From NCBI GenBank assembly GCA_036003365.1, contig DASYSL010000152.1, forward strand, positions 1-32,834: DNA of 32,834 nt, written 5' to 3'. The notes under the pieces were generated by a model, which was not told the origin of the DNA, did not search any database, and worked only from the letters and a program-made list of their open reading frames with translations. Source of the stretch: Candidatus Eiseniibacteriota bacterium. GTDB lineage: Bacteria > Eisenbacteria > RBG-16-71-46 > DASYSL01. Position 1 is the first letter of the stretch; each line of letters opens with the position of its first letter. Position numbers and translations under genes: made by a program. Of the stretch, positions 16,046-23,439 are shown piece after piece.

Positions 16046-16525
16046 ATGGGTGAAAGCCAGCGTTTGGCCGATCAGCTACGGAAGGCGTTCAACGGGGAGG
16101 CCTGGTACGGGCCGTCGTGGCGGGAGTCGTTGGAAGGCGTCGGGCCGGCGGATGCCCGGCGGCGGCCGGTGGCGCAGGGACACTCGATCGGCGAGATCGT
16201 GCTCCACACGATCACCTGGCATGAGGTGGCCACCAAGCGCTTGGCAGGCGGAACGCCGCCTCAGCCCACCGACGAGGAGAACTTTCCCAAAGCCGAGTTC
16301 ACCAACGAGAGTGAGTGGAAGGCAGCGATCGACAAGCTTTTCGCGACCGGGAATGCCCTCGCCGAGACGATCGCTGCGTTTCCAGACGCCAAGCTCGACG
16401 AGCAGAGGCCGAACAACGCCGGAACCTGGTACCAACTCGCGTGCGGCATGTTACAGCACGATCTCTACCACTTGGGACAGGTGGGTCTGCTGAAGAAGGC
16501 GACGGAGAAAGCTCCGGTCAGCTGA
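16046..16525 (+). CDS. DinB/YfiT-like (DinB_2 superfamily) four-helix-bundle metalloprotein
   Basis: ORF 16046..16525. His-containing helices (HSIGEIVLHTITWHEVA ... LQHDLYHLGQV) are typical of the DinB/YfiT metal triad. Divergent from the CGNR gene. Confidence 0.75.
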   Translation: MGESQRLADQLRKAFNGEAWYGPSWRESLEGVGPADARRRPVAQGHSIGEIVLHTITWHEVATKRLAGGTPPQPTDEENFPKAEFTNESEWKAAIDKLFATGNALAETIAAFPDAKLDEQRPNNAGTWYQLACGMLQHDLYHLGQVGLLKKATEKAPVS

Positions 16526-16531
16526 CCGAGA

Positions 16532-17926
16532 TCAGCTGACCACGGCGAGGCGGGAAGCCTCCCAGGCCGCAAGGCCGCCCACGAGGTCGCGCACATCGGT
16601 GAATCCGTTCTGGCGGAGCAGACTGGCGGCAATGCTCGAGCGATAGCCGCTGGCACACTGGGCGACGATGGGGCGGTCGCGCGGGATCTCGTTCAGGCGC
16701 TCGCGCAGATGCGAGAGCGGGATGTGGAGGCTACCCTCGATCCGCTTTTGCTGGCGCTCTCCCGGGGCACGCACGTCGAGAATCAGTGGCGCCTGCGCGG
16801 ATTCCATTTCCTCGGCCACGGTGACCGCGGTGATGCGGTCGGTGTGCTGCAGGAGCCCAGGCTGCGCTTCCGCGGCTTCGATTCCGCCCTCGAGGTAGCC
16901 CTCGACACGGTCGAAACCGATGCGCCCGAGACGCATCTCCGACTCTTGCTCGCGACCAGGGTCGGCGATGACCACGATCGCCTTTGCTGGATCGAGCAGT
17001 GTGCCGGCCCAGGTGGCGTATTGGCCGCTCAACGGAACGTTGAGGCTTCCTGGAACGTAAGCCATCGCGTACTCGTTCGCTTCGCGTGTGTCGATCACCT
17101 GCGCCCCCGCGGCGCGGCGCTCCATGAATTCGGCCAGCGAAAGCCCGCGCAGATTGCGCGCCAGGGTCTCCTCGAGGCCCGCGCGCTCCTTCTTGTTGAG
17201 GGCCGCGTCGTAGGCGAAGTACTGCGGGCTGTCCGGCAGGTCGGTGGTGAGGAGGCGTACGAAGTCTTCCTTGCTCATGGGCTGGAGCGCGTAGTTGTAG
17301 CGTCGCTGCACGCCCATGGTGGACACCGTCTCCTTGCTCATGTTCTTGCCGCACAGGGAGCCCGCGCCGTGCGCCGGATAGACGAGTGTTTCGTCCGGCA
17401 GGCGGAGCAGCTTCTCGTGCAACGAGTCGTAGAGCATGGCCGCGAGCTGGTCGGCCGTCACGCCCACGGAGGCGAGAAGATCGGGCCGGCCCACGTCGCC
17501 GATGAACAGCGTGTCCCCGGTGAGCGCGGCGTAGGGGTGGTCGGCGCTGCGATCGAGATCGTAGACCAGGATGCTGATGGCTTCCGGGGTGTGGCCGGGG
17601 GTCTCGAGCGCTTCGAGACGCACGCGCCCGAGCTCGAGCCGGCTGCCCTCACCGAAGCGGTCGAAGGCGAACTCGGCTTCGGCCGCGGGGCCGAGGTGAA
17701 TCTTGGCGCCGGCGCGGTCGCGCAGCTCGAGGTGTCCGGCCAGGAAGTCGGCGTGGAAGTGCGTGAGGAAGACGTGCTTGATCGTCAGTCCCTGGCGCTT
17801 GGCGTCCTCGAGATATTGATCGACGTCGCGCTGCGGATCGACGATCACCGCCGTACCCGTGGTCTCGTCACCGATCAGGTACGAGGCGTGCGCCAGGCAT
17901 CCGAGGTAGTACTGATGCAGAATCAT
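16532..17926 (-). CDS. metallo-beta-lactamase (MBL)-fold metallo-hydrolase fused to two rhodanese domains (persulfide-dioxygenase-like CstB/Blh architecture)
   Basis: ORF 16532..17926. The N-terminus has MBL motifs (LTHFHADF, ETPGHTPEAISILV, YPAHGAGSLC). Two C-terminal rhodanese-like modules follow; the second has the catalytic Cys loop QCASGYRS. Note that HFHADF departs from the canonical HxHxDH. Confidence 0.75.
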   Translation of the reverse strand: MILHQYYLGCLAHASYLIGDETTGTAVIVDPQRDVDQYLEDAKRQGLTIKHVFLTHFHADFLAGHLELRDRAGAKIHLGPAAEAEFAFDRFGEGSRLELGRVRLEALETPGHTPEAISILVYDLDRSADHPYAALTGDTLFIGDVGRPDLLASVGVTADQLAAMLYDSLHEKLLRLPDETLVYPAHGAGSLCGKNMSKETVSTMGVQRRYNYALQPMSKEDFVRLLTTDLPDSPQYFAYDAALNKKERAGLEETLARNLRGLSLAEFMERRAAGAQVIDTREANEYAMAYVPGSLNVPLSGQYATWAGTLLDPAKAIVVIADPGREQESEMRLGRIGFDRVEGYLEGGIEAAEAQPGLLQHTDRITAVTVAEEMESAQAPLILDVRAPGERQQKRIEGSLHIPLSHLRERLNEIPRDRPIVAQCASGYRSSIAASLLRQNGFTDVRDLVGGLAAWEASRLAVVS

Positions 17927-17945
17927 CGCACTCTCCGAACGAAGA

Positions 17946-17970
17946 AGGGGCGCCCTCGCGGACGCCCCCT
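17946..17970 (-). terminator. possible intrinsic-terminator-like hairpin downstream of the DUF1579 gene, in the 5' leader region of the MBL-rhodanese gene
   Basis: AGGGGCG ... CGCCCCCT stem of about 6-7 bp with a ~10-nt loop. On the minus-strand transcript it is followed by UCUUCGUUCGG, which is only weakly U-rich. Confidence 0.25.
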
Positions 17971-17999
17971 CGCGACGCGACGGCCATGACTGCCAAGCA

Positions 18000-18614
18000 T
18001 TACTGACGAGTATAGGTGATCTCCATCGACTTATACATCTTGCCCGACGCGTCCGGGGCCCACCACTCGAAGACGTGGCTCTTGTCGTCGACGAAGCGGG
18101 TCACCGTCTTCGTGTTCACTTCCTTGGCGGACACCGGGTCGTAGGTCGTGCCGGTCATGGTGATCGATTTGGTCGCCGGATCGTAGGTGCCGTCACAGTG
18201 ATAGATCGCGGTCGACATGTTGTCGACCCACGTGCCTTCGTACTTCTTGGTCTGCACGTTGTAGGCGGTCGTGGCGATGCCGCTGAACGGTACCCCGCCC
18301 ATGTTGCCGCTGGCCTGCTCCTGGAGATAGCGGCCGTCGAGGATCATCTTCACGGAAGACGTGCCCGTCGTCGTCTGCGGCGGAGCGCCCGGCGCCATCC
18401 ACATCTTCGACGACGTGTTCCACTCGCCGACGCACTGCGCGAGCATCTTGTGCGCGTCGCCCGGGACGTTCTTCTGCATCCAGTCCGCATACGCCTTTTC
18501 GGCGGGCGAAGGAGCGGGTTGATTGGCGGCCGGCTTGGTGTCGTCGGCGCCGGCCACGCCGGCGGCGCACACGCCAGCCAGCGCGAGAGCAACAAAGGTC
18601 GCGCGGAGCTTCAT
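18000..18614 (-). CDS. secreted DUF1579-family protein (204 aa)
   Basis: ATG 18614 is residue 74 of ORF 18000..18833, with GGGAG upstream on the mRNA. Signal peptide MKLRATFVALALAGVCAAGVAGA. Core CVGEWNTSSKMWMAPGAPPQTTTGTSSVKMILDGRYLQ matches my memory of DUF1579. Confidence 0.65.
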   Translation of the reverse strand: MKLRATFVALALAGVCAAGVAGADDTKPAANQPAPSPAEKAYADWMQKNVPGDAHKMLAQCVGEWNTSSKMWMAPGAPPQTTTGTSSVKMILDGRYLQEQASGNMGGVPFSGIATTAYNVQTKKYEGTWVDNMSTAIYHCDGTYDPATKSITMTGTTYDPVSAKEVNTKTVTRFVDDKSHVFEWWAPDASGKMYKSMEITYTRQ

Positions 18615-18732
18615 TTCTTGGACTCCCTGTCTCGGGTGGAAGGGTGGCAACGAAGGGGGATCACGATCCCGTGACTCCCACGGAGCGGGGATTGTAGGGG
18701 AGACCCGCCTCCCGGGCAAGAACCGAAACATA

Positions 18733-18758
18733 TTGACAAGCATCAATACGTGTGTTGA
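18733..18758 (+). promoter_or_regulatory. arsR promoter with candidate ArsR operator (imperfect inverted repeat)
   Basis: TTGACA at 18733-18738. TCAATAC-GT-GTGTTGA at 18743-18758; the half sites TCAATAC and TCAACAC match 6/7. It sits between the -35 and the GTG start at 18782, where ArsR/SmtB operators usually lie. Confidence 0.4.
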
Positions 18759-18781
18759 ACTCGTTCGCAGAGGAGGAGCCT

Positions 18782-19123
18782 GTGCCGACCGCACTCGAGC
18801 TTCGCAAGGAACCAGCCGGCTGCTGCGCACCACCCGTGCGCAGCGAAGATCGTGCGCGCGCCGCGAAAGAGGCGCCGGTCTTCGCCGCCTTGGCCGACGA
18901 GGTCAGGCTGCGGATCGTGCGCCTCTTGGCCCGCACGTCGGCTCTGTGCGCGTGCGAGATCCAGGAGGCCTTCGATCTATCGCAGCCCACGATTGCGCAC
19001 CACCTGCGCGTGCTCCGCCAGGCCGGCCTGATCGATTGCGAGCGCCGCGGCATCTGGGCCTACTACTTCCTCGAGCGCGACGCCATGAAGAGCATCGCTC
19101 GGGGACTCCTGGATCTTCTGTGA
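18782..19123 (+). CDS. arsR: ArsR/SmtB-family As(III)-responsive transcriptional repressor
   Basis: GTG 18782 is residue 11 of ORF 18752..19123, with GGAGGAG upstream. wHTH core LRIVRLLARTSALCACEIQEAFDLSQPTIAHHLRVLRQAGL. The ALCACE site corresponds to the ELCVCDL As(III)-binding CxC site of type-1 ArsR. Confidence 0.85.
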   Translation: MPTALELRKEPAGCCAPPVRSEDRARAAKEAPVFAALADEVRLRIVRLLARTSALCACEIQEAFDLSQPTIAHHLRVLRQAGLIDCERRGIWAYYFLERDAMKSIARGLLDLL

Positions 19124-19539
19124 TCACGACGACTCGCATCAGCGCCGAGGAAGCATCACCTCTGCTCGAAGCTTGCGGGCTGCCTCTGGCCGGGCTGGAC
19201 GACACGGCGCTCTATGGAACGCATGATGAGGAAGGCCGGCTTCGCGCCGTGGCCGGGGTCGAGACGTACGGCGATGTCGTGCTCTTGCGCTCGGTTGCCA
19301 CGGAGCCGGCGAGCCGCGGGCAGGGCTACGCGCGCGCGCTGTGCTCCGTCTTGCTCGACGGGGCGAAGCAGGACGGCGTGCGCGAGGCGTTTCTCCTGAC
19401 CGAGACCGCCGAGGAGTTCTTCGCCCGGCTTGGCTTTCGGCCCGTGCCGCGCGCCGCCGCCGACCCGAGGCTCGTGGCCTCGGCCGAGTTCCAGGAAGGT
19501 CGTTGTGCGAGCGCGCAGTTGATGCGAAGGCAGCTCTAG
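19120..19539 (+). CDS. small GNAT-family N-acetyltransferase (positional ArsN2-like)
   Basis: GTG 19120 is residue 200 of ORF 18523..19539. It overlaps the arsR stop as GTGA; the long upstream extension is rejected. Acetyl-CoA-binding-like segment RGQGYARAL and a beta-alpha-beta GNAT core. The start is uncertain. Confidence 0.5.
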   Translation: MITTTRISAEEASPLLEACGLPLAGLDDTALYGTHDEEGRLRAVAGVETYGDVVLLRSVATEPASRGQGYARALCSVLLDGAKQDGVREAFLLTETAEEFFARLGFRPVPRAAADPRLVASAEFQEGRCASAQLMRRQL

Positions 19540-19553
19540 TTTTTTCACTCAAC

Positions 19554-19573
19554 GTATCGATGATGATCGATAC
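19554..19573 (+). promoter_or_regulatory. perfect 8-4-8 palindrome GTATCGAT-GATG-ATCGATAC immediately upstream of the arsM RBS
   Basis: Read directly. It is preceded by a T6 run (19540-19545) right after the GNAT stop. The RBS AAGGAGGA and ATG 19586 follow. Confidence 0.5.
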
Positions 19574-19585
19574 AAGGAGGATGCC

Positions 19586-20326
19586 ATGACAGACGTGAAG
19601 ACGGCGGTTCGTGAGCGCTACGCGCGCAAGGCCGATGGAAAGGATTGCTGTGGCAGCCCGGAATCGCTCGGCTACACGCGGGCCGATCTCGAATCGGTCC
19701 CGGCCGACGTGAGCCAGGCGTCGCTCGGATGTGGAAGCCCGGTCCACGCCGCAGAGCTCAAGGAGGGCGAGCGCGTGCTCGACCTCGGCAGCGGAGCCGG
19801 GTTCGACGTCTTCCTGGCGTCGCGCGCCGTGGGTGCGAGTGGCCACGTTTTCGGTGTCGACTTCACGCCCGAGATGCTCGCGCGCTCGCGCCGGAGCGCG
19901 GCGGAGCAGGGTCTCGACCAGGTGACCTTCCTGGAGGGCGACATCGAATCCGTGCCGCTACCGGAATCGTCGGTGGACGTCGTGATCAGCAACTGCGTGA
20001 TCAATCTGGCGCCCGACAAGAGCCGTGTGTTCGCCGAAGCGGCGCGCGTGCTCGTGCCGGGCGGGCGCTTCGTCGTGGCCGACATGCTGGCGACCGAGCG
20101 CTTGCCCGAGGCGCTGGTGTCCGACGCGAAGTCATGGGGCGAGTGCATCGCCGGGGCAATTCCGCGCGAGGACTACGTGGCGGGCTTGCGCCGGGCCGGG
20201 TTCGACGACGTCGAGGTCGAGAGGTTCGCGGGCGAGGAGCCGTGCTGCGGAAGCGATGCGGGTTGCTGCGCGACCCAGCCGACGGTCTATTCGGCGACCA
20301 TTCGAGCGTGGAAGCCGCGCATCTAG
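19586..20326 (+). CDS. arsM: arsenite S-adenosylmethionine methyltransferase
   Basis: ORF 19586..20326 with RBS AAGGAGGA. Near-collinear with ArsM as I recall it: MTDVKTAVRERYA, the Cys pairs CCGS and GCGSP, SAM motif VLDLGSGAGFDV, DVVISNCVINL, and LVPGGRFVVAD. Confidence 0.92.
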   Translation: MTDVKTAVRERYARKADGKDCCGSPESLGYTRADLESVPADVSQASLGCGSPVHAAELKEGERVLDLGSGAGFDVFLASRAVGASGHVFGVDFTPEMLARSRRSAAEQGLDQVTFLEGDIESVPLPESSVDVVISNCVINLAPDKSRVFAEAARVLVPGGRFVVADMLATERLPEALVSDAKSWGECIAGAIPREDYVAGLRRAGFDDVEVERFAGEEPCCGSDAGCCATQPTVYSATIRAWKPRI

Positions 20327-21063
20327 GAGCGCTCGCGGATGCGGGCGTAGCCGGCGCGGCTCAGGGGGAGCTGGGTGCCGTCCTGGAGCACGGCAACGCG
20401 GCTGTCCTTGGCGTAGGGCTCGATCTTGGCGATGCGCTCGACGTTGACGACGTACGAGCGGTGCGTGCGCACGAAGTGCTGCGGATCGAGCTGGGATTCG
20501 AGGTCGTTGAGCGTCTGGTGCTTGAGGAACTCACGGCCGCCGGCGTGCAGCTCGACGTAGTCGTCGCGCGCCACCGCGTAATCGAGCTCGGTGGCCTGGA
20601 TGACGTGCACGCGCGTGCCGTCGCGCACCATCAGCCGGTCGATGGGGCGCGGGCGGTCCGGCCGCGCGTCCGCCAAGAGTTGCGCCTTGGGAGCCACGCG
20701 TCCGCGCTCGCGCACGCGCGCCAGCGCCTGCGCCAAGCGCTCCTCGCTCACCGGCTTCAGCAGATAGTCGACCGCGTGCACGTCGAAGGCGCGGATGGCG
20801 TGCGCATCGAACGCGGTCACGAATACGACGGCCACTTCCTGATCGAGCAGCTCGAGCACCTCGAAACCGTCGAGCTTGGGCATCTGCACGTCGAGGAGCA
20901 TGAGATCGGGCTTGGCTTCGCTCACCGCGCGCACGGCCTCGTAACCGTTGGCGCACTCGCCCACGATCTCGACACCCGGATCGCGCTCGAGGTACTCACG
21001 CAGCACGCGGCGCGCCAGCTCCTCATCGTCGACGAGCAAAACGCGAAGCTTGGCGTCGCTCAC
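20323..21063 (-). CDS. LytTR-family response regulator (receiver + LytTR DNA-binding domain)
   Basis: GTG 21063 is residue 157 of ORF 20323..21531. It overlaps the kinase stop as GTGA, with GGGAGA upstream; the long extension is rejected. Receiver: LRVLLVDDEELARRVL...DLMLLDVQMPKLDG. LytTR: IQATELDYAVARDDYVELH...SYVVNVERI. Confidence 0.85.
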   Translation of the reverse strand: MSDAKLRVLLVDDEELARRVLREYLERDPGVEIVGECANGYEAVRAVSEAKPDLMLLDVQMPKLDGFEVLELLDQEVAVVFVTAFDAHAIRAFDVHAVDYLLKPVSEERLAQALARVRERGRVAPKAQLLADARPDRPRPIDRLMVRDGTRVHVIQATELDYAVARDDYVELHAGGREFLKHQTLNDLESQLDPQHFVRTHRSYVVNVERIAKIEPYAKDSRVAVLQDGTQLPLSRAGYARIRERS

Positions 21064-22121
21064 GAGCTTTCTCCCGCCGGTAGCTCGAGCCGCACGAGAT
21101 AGGAGTCGGCGCCCGCCGTGGCATCGAGCCGGGCGTCGGCGCCGAACAAAGTGCGCAGGCGCCCGGCGACGTTGCGAAGCCCAACCCCGGCGCCGGGGCG
21201 GCTCTGGCCGTCGGGGTCGCGCGGATTGGACACCGAGACGCGTAGCCGCGCGCCCTCGCACTTGGCCTCGATGCGAATCGTGCCCCCTTCCAGCCTCTGG
21301 GCGATGCCGTGGCGCACCGCGTTCTCGACCAGCGGCTGCAACAGGAGGGGAGGAACGGCGGCGCTCAGCGCCGGCTCGTCCACGTCGCGCTCGACGCGCA
21401 GACGGGAGCCGAAACGCACCTGCTCGACACGCAAGTAACCCTCCGCCAAATCGAGCTCTTCGGACAGCGGAATGCGCTCGCGCTGCCCGAGCACCAAAGT
21501 GCGGCGCAGGAAGTCGGCCAGCTCGATGCACATGCGGCGTGCGCTCGCCGGATCCGACGAGGTGAGCGCGCTGATCGAATTCAAGCTATTGAAGAGGAAA
21601 TGCGGATCGATTTGTGCGCGCAAAGCCCGCAGCTCGGCCTCGCGCGCCTGCACGAGCAGCTCGAGGGCGCGCTGCTCGGCGAGCCGCGAAGCGGCCACCA
21701 CCGCAGCCAGATAGTGCACCGCCGCCGATAGCGCGTAGAACAGGATGCCGACGAGGAACAAGCCCGGGAAGAGCGCGTTGTAGCGTGCCCCGGCGCCCTG
21801 CCAACCGGGGATACGCTCGAGTGCCGCCACCCAACCGCGCCCGATGACGAGCCACATGGCGCTCGAGAACAGGGCGGCGGTGACGTGCGTGAGCAGGAAT
21901 CCCGGGGTGCCGGCCTTCGCGATCGGCTGGGCGCGCGCCGGGTACCAGGCTGCCAGGCACACGAAGGCGAGGACGGCGCAAAGTCCATTGGCGTCCGCCC
22001 ACGCCTCGAATGCTGGAATGTGCGCGAGGTAATGAAGAGCCAGCCCGAACAGCGCCGCCACCGGGATCCAAGCTCCCAGGTAGAGAGCCAGCCACGAGGG
22101 GCGCGACAGAATCGGATGCAT
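21060..22121 (-). CDS. LytS-type sensor histidine kinase with a five-transmembrane (5TMR-LYT-like) sensor region
   Basis: ORF 21060..22121. The N-terminal ~170 aa is wholly membrane-spanning with no periplasmic domain. HFLFNSLNSI is the His_kinase (PF06580-type) H-box. A C-terminal HATPase region follows (LVENAVRHG...GVGLRNV). Confidence 0.85.
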   Translation of the reverse strand: MHPILSRPSWLALYLGAWIPVAALFGLALHYLAHIPAFEAWADANGLCAVLAFVCLAAWYPARAQPIAKAGTPGFLLTHVTAALFSSAMWLVIGRGWVAALERIPGWQGAGARYNALFPGLFLVGILFYALSAAVHYLAAVVAASRLAEQRALELLVQAREAELRALRAQIDPHFLFNSLNSISALTSSDPASARRMCIELADFLRRTLVLGQRERIPLSEELDLAEGYLRVEQVRFGSRLRVERDVDEPALSAAVPPLLLQPLVENAVRHGIAQRLEGGTIRIEAKCEGARLRVSVSNPRDPDGQSRPGAGVGLRNVAGRLRTLFGADARLDATAGADSYLVRLELPAGESS

Positions 22122-22122
22122 T

Positions 22123-22866
22123 TCAGTTCTTCACCTCGACTCCACCCATGACGACCATGCCCTTCACACGGAGACGCTTCTCGTTGGGTTGCACCGGCTC
22201 CGACCTAGGCGCGAGATTACCGATGCCGGCGACGACGTTCGGCGTCTCACGCCGCGTGTCGGCGAAGCCGCCGAGCAGCGGAACGCCGGTCACTTCCACC
22301 GTCCAGTCGGCCGGCACCTTGATTTCCACGCCGCCCCAGAAGGCGAAGCAGTCGATCACCGCGACCGTGCCCGGCCTGATCGAAGCATTTCGCAGATCGA
22401 GGTCGCAGCCACCCAGGATGGCGGTTGCGTCACCGCCTTGGAAGTCCTGCGAGGTGATCTTGCGCTCCACGCCGCCCAGGATGGCGAAAGCGGTCAACGA
22501 TCCCGCGCTCGAGACCCGGTCGCCCCCGCAGTTGCTCCCGCCCCACATGAGGCCCCGGAACACCATGACGAGCCCGCCGACGACGATGAAGCCGGGCCAC
22601 ACGTAACGCCAATCGAGATCGAACCAGTGGAACTCGTGGATCAAGAAGAACCCGCCCAGCGCCATGAGGAAGAGCGCTCCGACGATGCTGCGGTTGCCAG
22701 GCGAGAACAGTCGGACCGTGCCGATCAGGATGAGGAAGACCGGCCAGAAGCGCCACACCGAGCCGATATTGATCACGCCCATCTGATCGAGCAGGAACAG
22801 CACTCCCATCCAGGCGATGAACAGGCCGAAGATGATGCGGCCCACGTGCACTCTGTTTTCTCCCAT
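22123..22866 (-). CDS. LiaF-like membrane protein: four transmembrane helices plus a C-terminal DUF2154 (toastrack) domain
   Basis: ORF 22123..22866, ATG with GGAGGA upstream. Its stop lies 1 nt from the kinase start. Transmembrane helices: IIFGLFIAWMGVLFLL, WRFWPVFLILIGTV, IVGALFLMALGGFFLI, VWPGFIVVGGLVMVF. The C-terminus is Gly-rich beta repeats, AFAILGGVE...FAFWGGVEIKVP...VVMGGVEVKN, typical of DUF2154. Confidence 0.7.
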   Translation of the reverse strand: MGENRVHVGRIIFGLFIAWMGVLFLLDQMGVINIGSVWRFWPVFLILIGTVRLFSPGNRSIVGALFLMALGGFFLIHEFHWFDLDWRYVWPGFIVVGGLVMVFRGLMWGGSNCGGDRVSSAGSLTAFAILGGVERKITSQDFQGGDATAILGGCDLDLRNASIRPGTVAVIDCFAFWGGVEIKVPADWTVEVTGVPLLGGFADTRRETPNVVAGIGNLAPRSEPVQPNEKRLRVKGMVVMGGVEVKN

Positions 22867-22893
22867 GACTTCCTCCTTCGCGGCCGGGTCTCA

Positions 22894-22928
22894 CCCGGAT
22901 TTGGCTTCCCGGGCTCGGCCCGGATTCG
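22894..22928 (-). promoter_or_regulatory. two 10-bp direct repeats, CCCGGATTTG / CCCGGATTCG (25-bp periodicity), 28-62 nt upstream of the LiaF-like gene start
   Basis: Read directly (22894-22903 and 22919-22928). Orientation is given for the plus strand. The gene they precede is on the minus strand and starts at 22866. Confidence 0.35.
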
Positions 22929-23032
22929 ACTTCCAAGATCGGCGAGTCGCGCCCGCCCTACTGCCTCCGTTCGGCCGCCGAACGCCGGGTTTCGGTGAAC
23001 GCCCCGGTTGGGTCGGCGAACGGCGGAACGCC

Positions 23033-23314
23033 TTAGGCCTTCACGAAGATCCCGATGAGGACCCGCGCCACGCGCAGGGCGAGGCTGCCGCGTTTCGGGC
23101 GGACCGCAGGAGCCGGCTTGCGCTCTCGCACGAGCGGCCCATCCGGCGTCGGCTTGGTGACCCAGCGGATCATCGCGACCCCGCCCAGCAACAGGACGAG
23201 CGGCCAGAGAAAGCCCCACGGCAGCTCGATGACGTGAAACGCGTTCAGGAGAAGGGTCAAGCCGACCGTGATCAGGAGAATCCGTCCCGTTCGCACTCTG
23301 CCTCGCGATTGCAT
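23033..23314 (-). CDS. small two-TM membrane protein (93 aa), paralogous to the LiaF-like N-terminal TM module
   Basis: ATG 23314 is residue 62 of ORF 23033..23497, with GGGAGG upstream. ILLITVGLTLLLNAF and ELPWGFLWPLVLLLGGVAMI share the W-x-x-WP ... L-x-GG pattern with the downstream LiaF-like protein (RFWPVFLILIGT, VWPGFIVVGGLVMV). Confidence 0.5.
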   Translation of the reverse strand: MQSRGRVRTGRILLITVGLTLLLNAFHVIELPWGFLWPLVLLLGGVAMIRWVTKPTPDGPLVRERKPAPAVRPKRGSLALRVARVLIGIFVKA

Positions 23315-23439
23315 CCTTCCGCCTCCCGACGCCGGGCCCGCGCCCGACCACGTGAAGGAGCATCGGCGAGAATGCGCGCGCATTCCGCGCTCAATCGGTG
23401 AGCGTGGCCTGGATGTCGGTGAGCGGCGCGGGGGGTCGG

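Noticed and set aside
16709-17989. 426-aa plus-strand ORF
   Set aside because: Antisense to the MBL-rhodanese gene, which has clear domain motifs. No start context.
18523-19119. Long ORF spanning the arsR region in another frame
   Set aside because: It covers the DUF1579/arsR intergenic region and arsR itself. Only the C-terminal GNAT part from 19120 onward has protein-like sequence.
21064-21531. N-terminal extension of the LytTR regulator ORF
   Set aside because: It overlaps the kinase gene. The receiver domain begins right after GTG 21063, with a GGGAGA RBS and a typical GTGA stop/start overlap.
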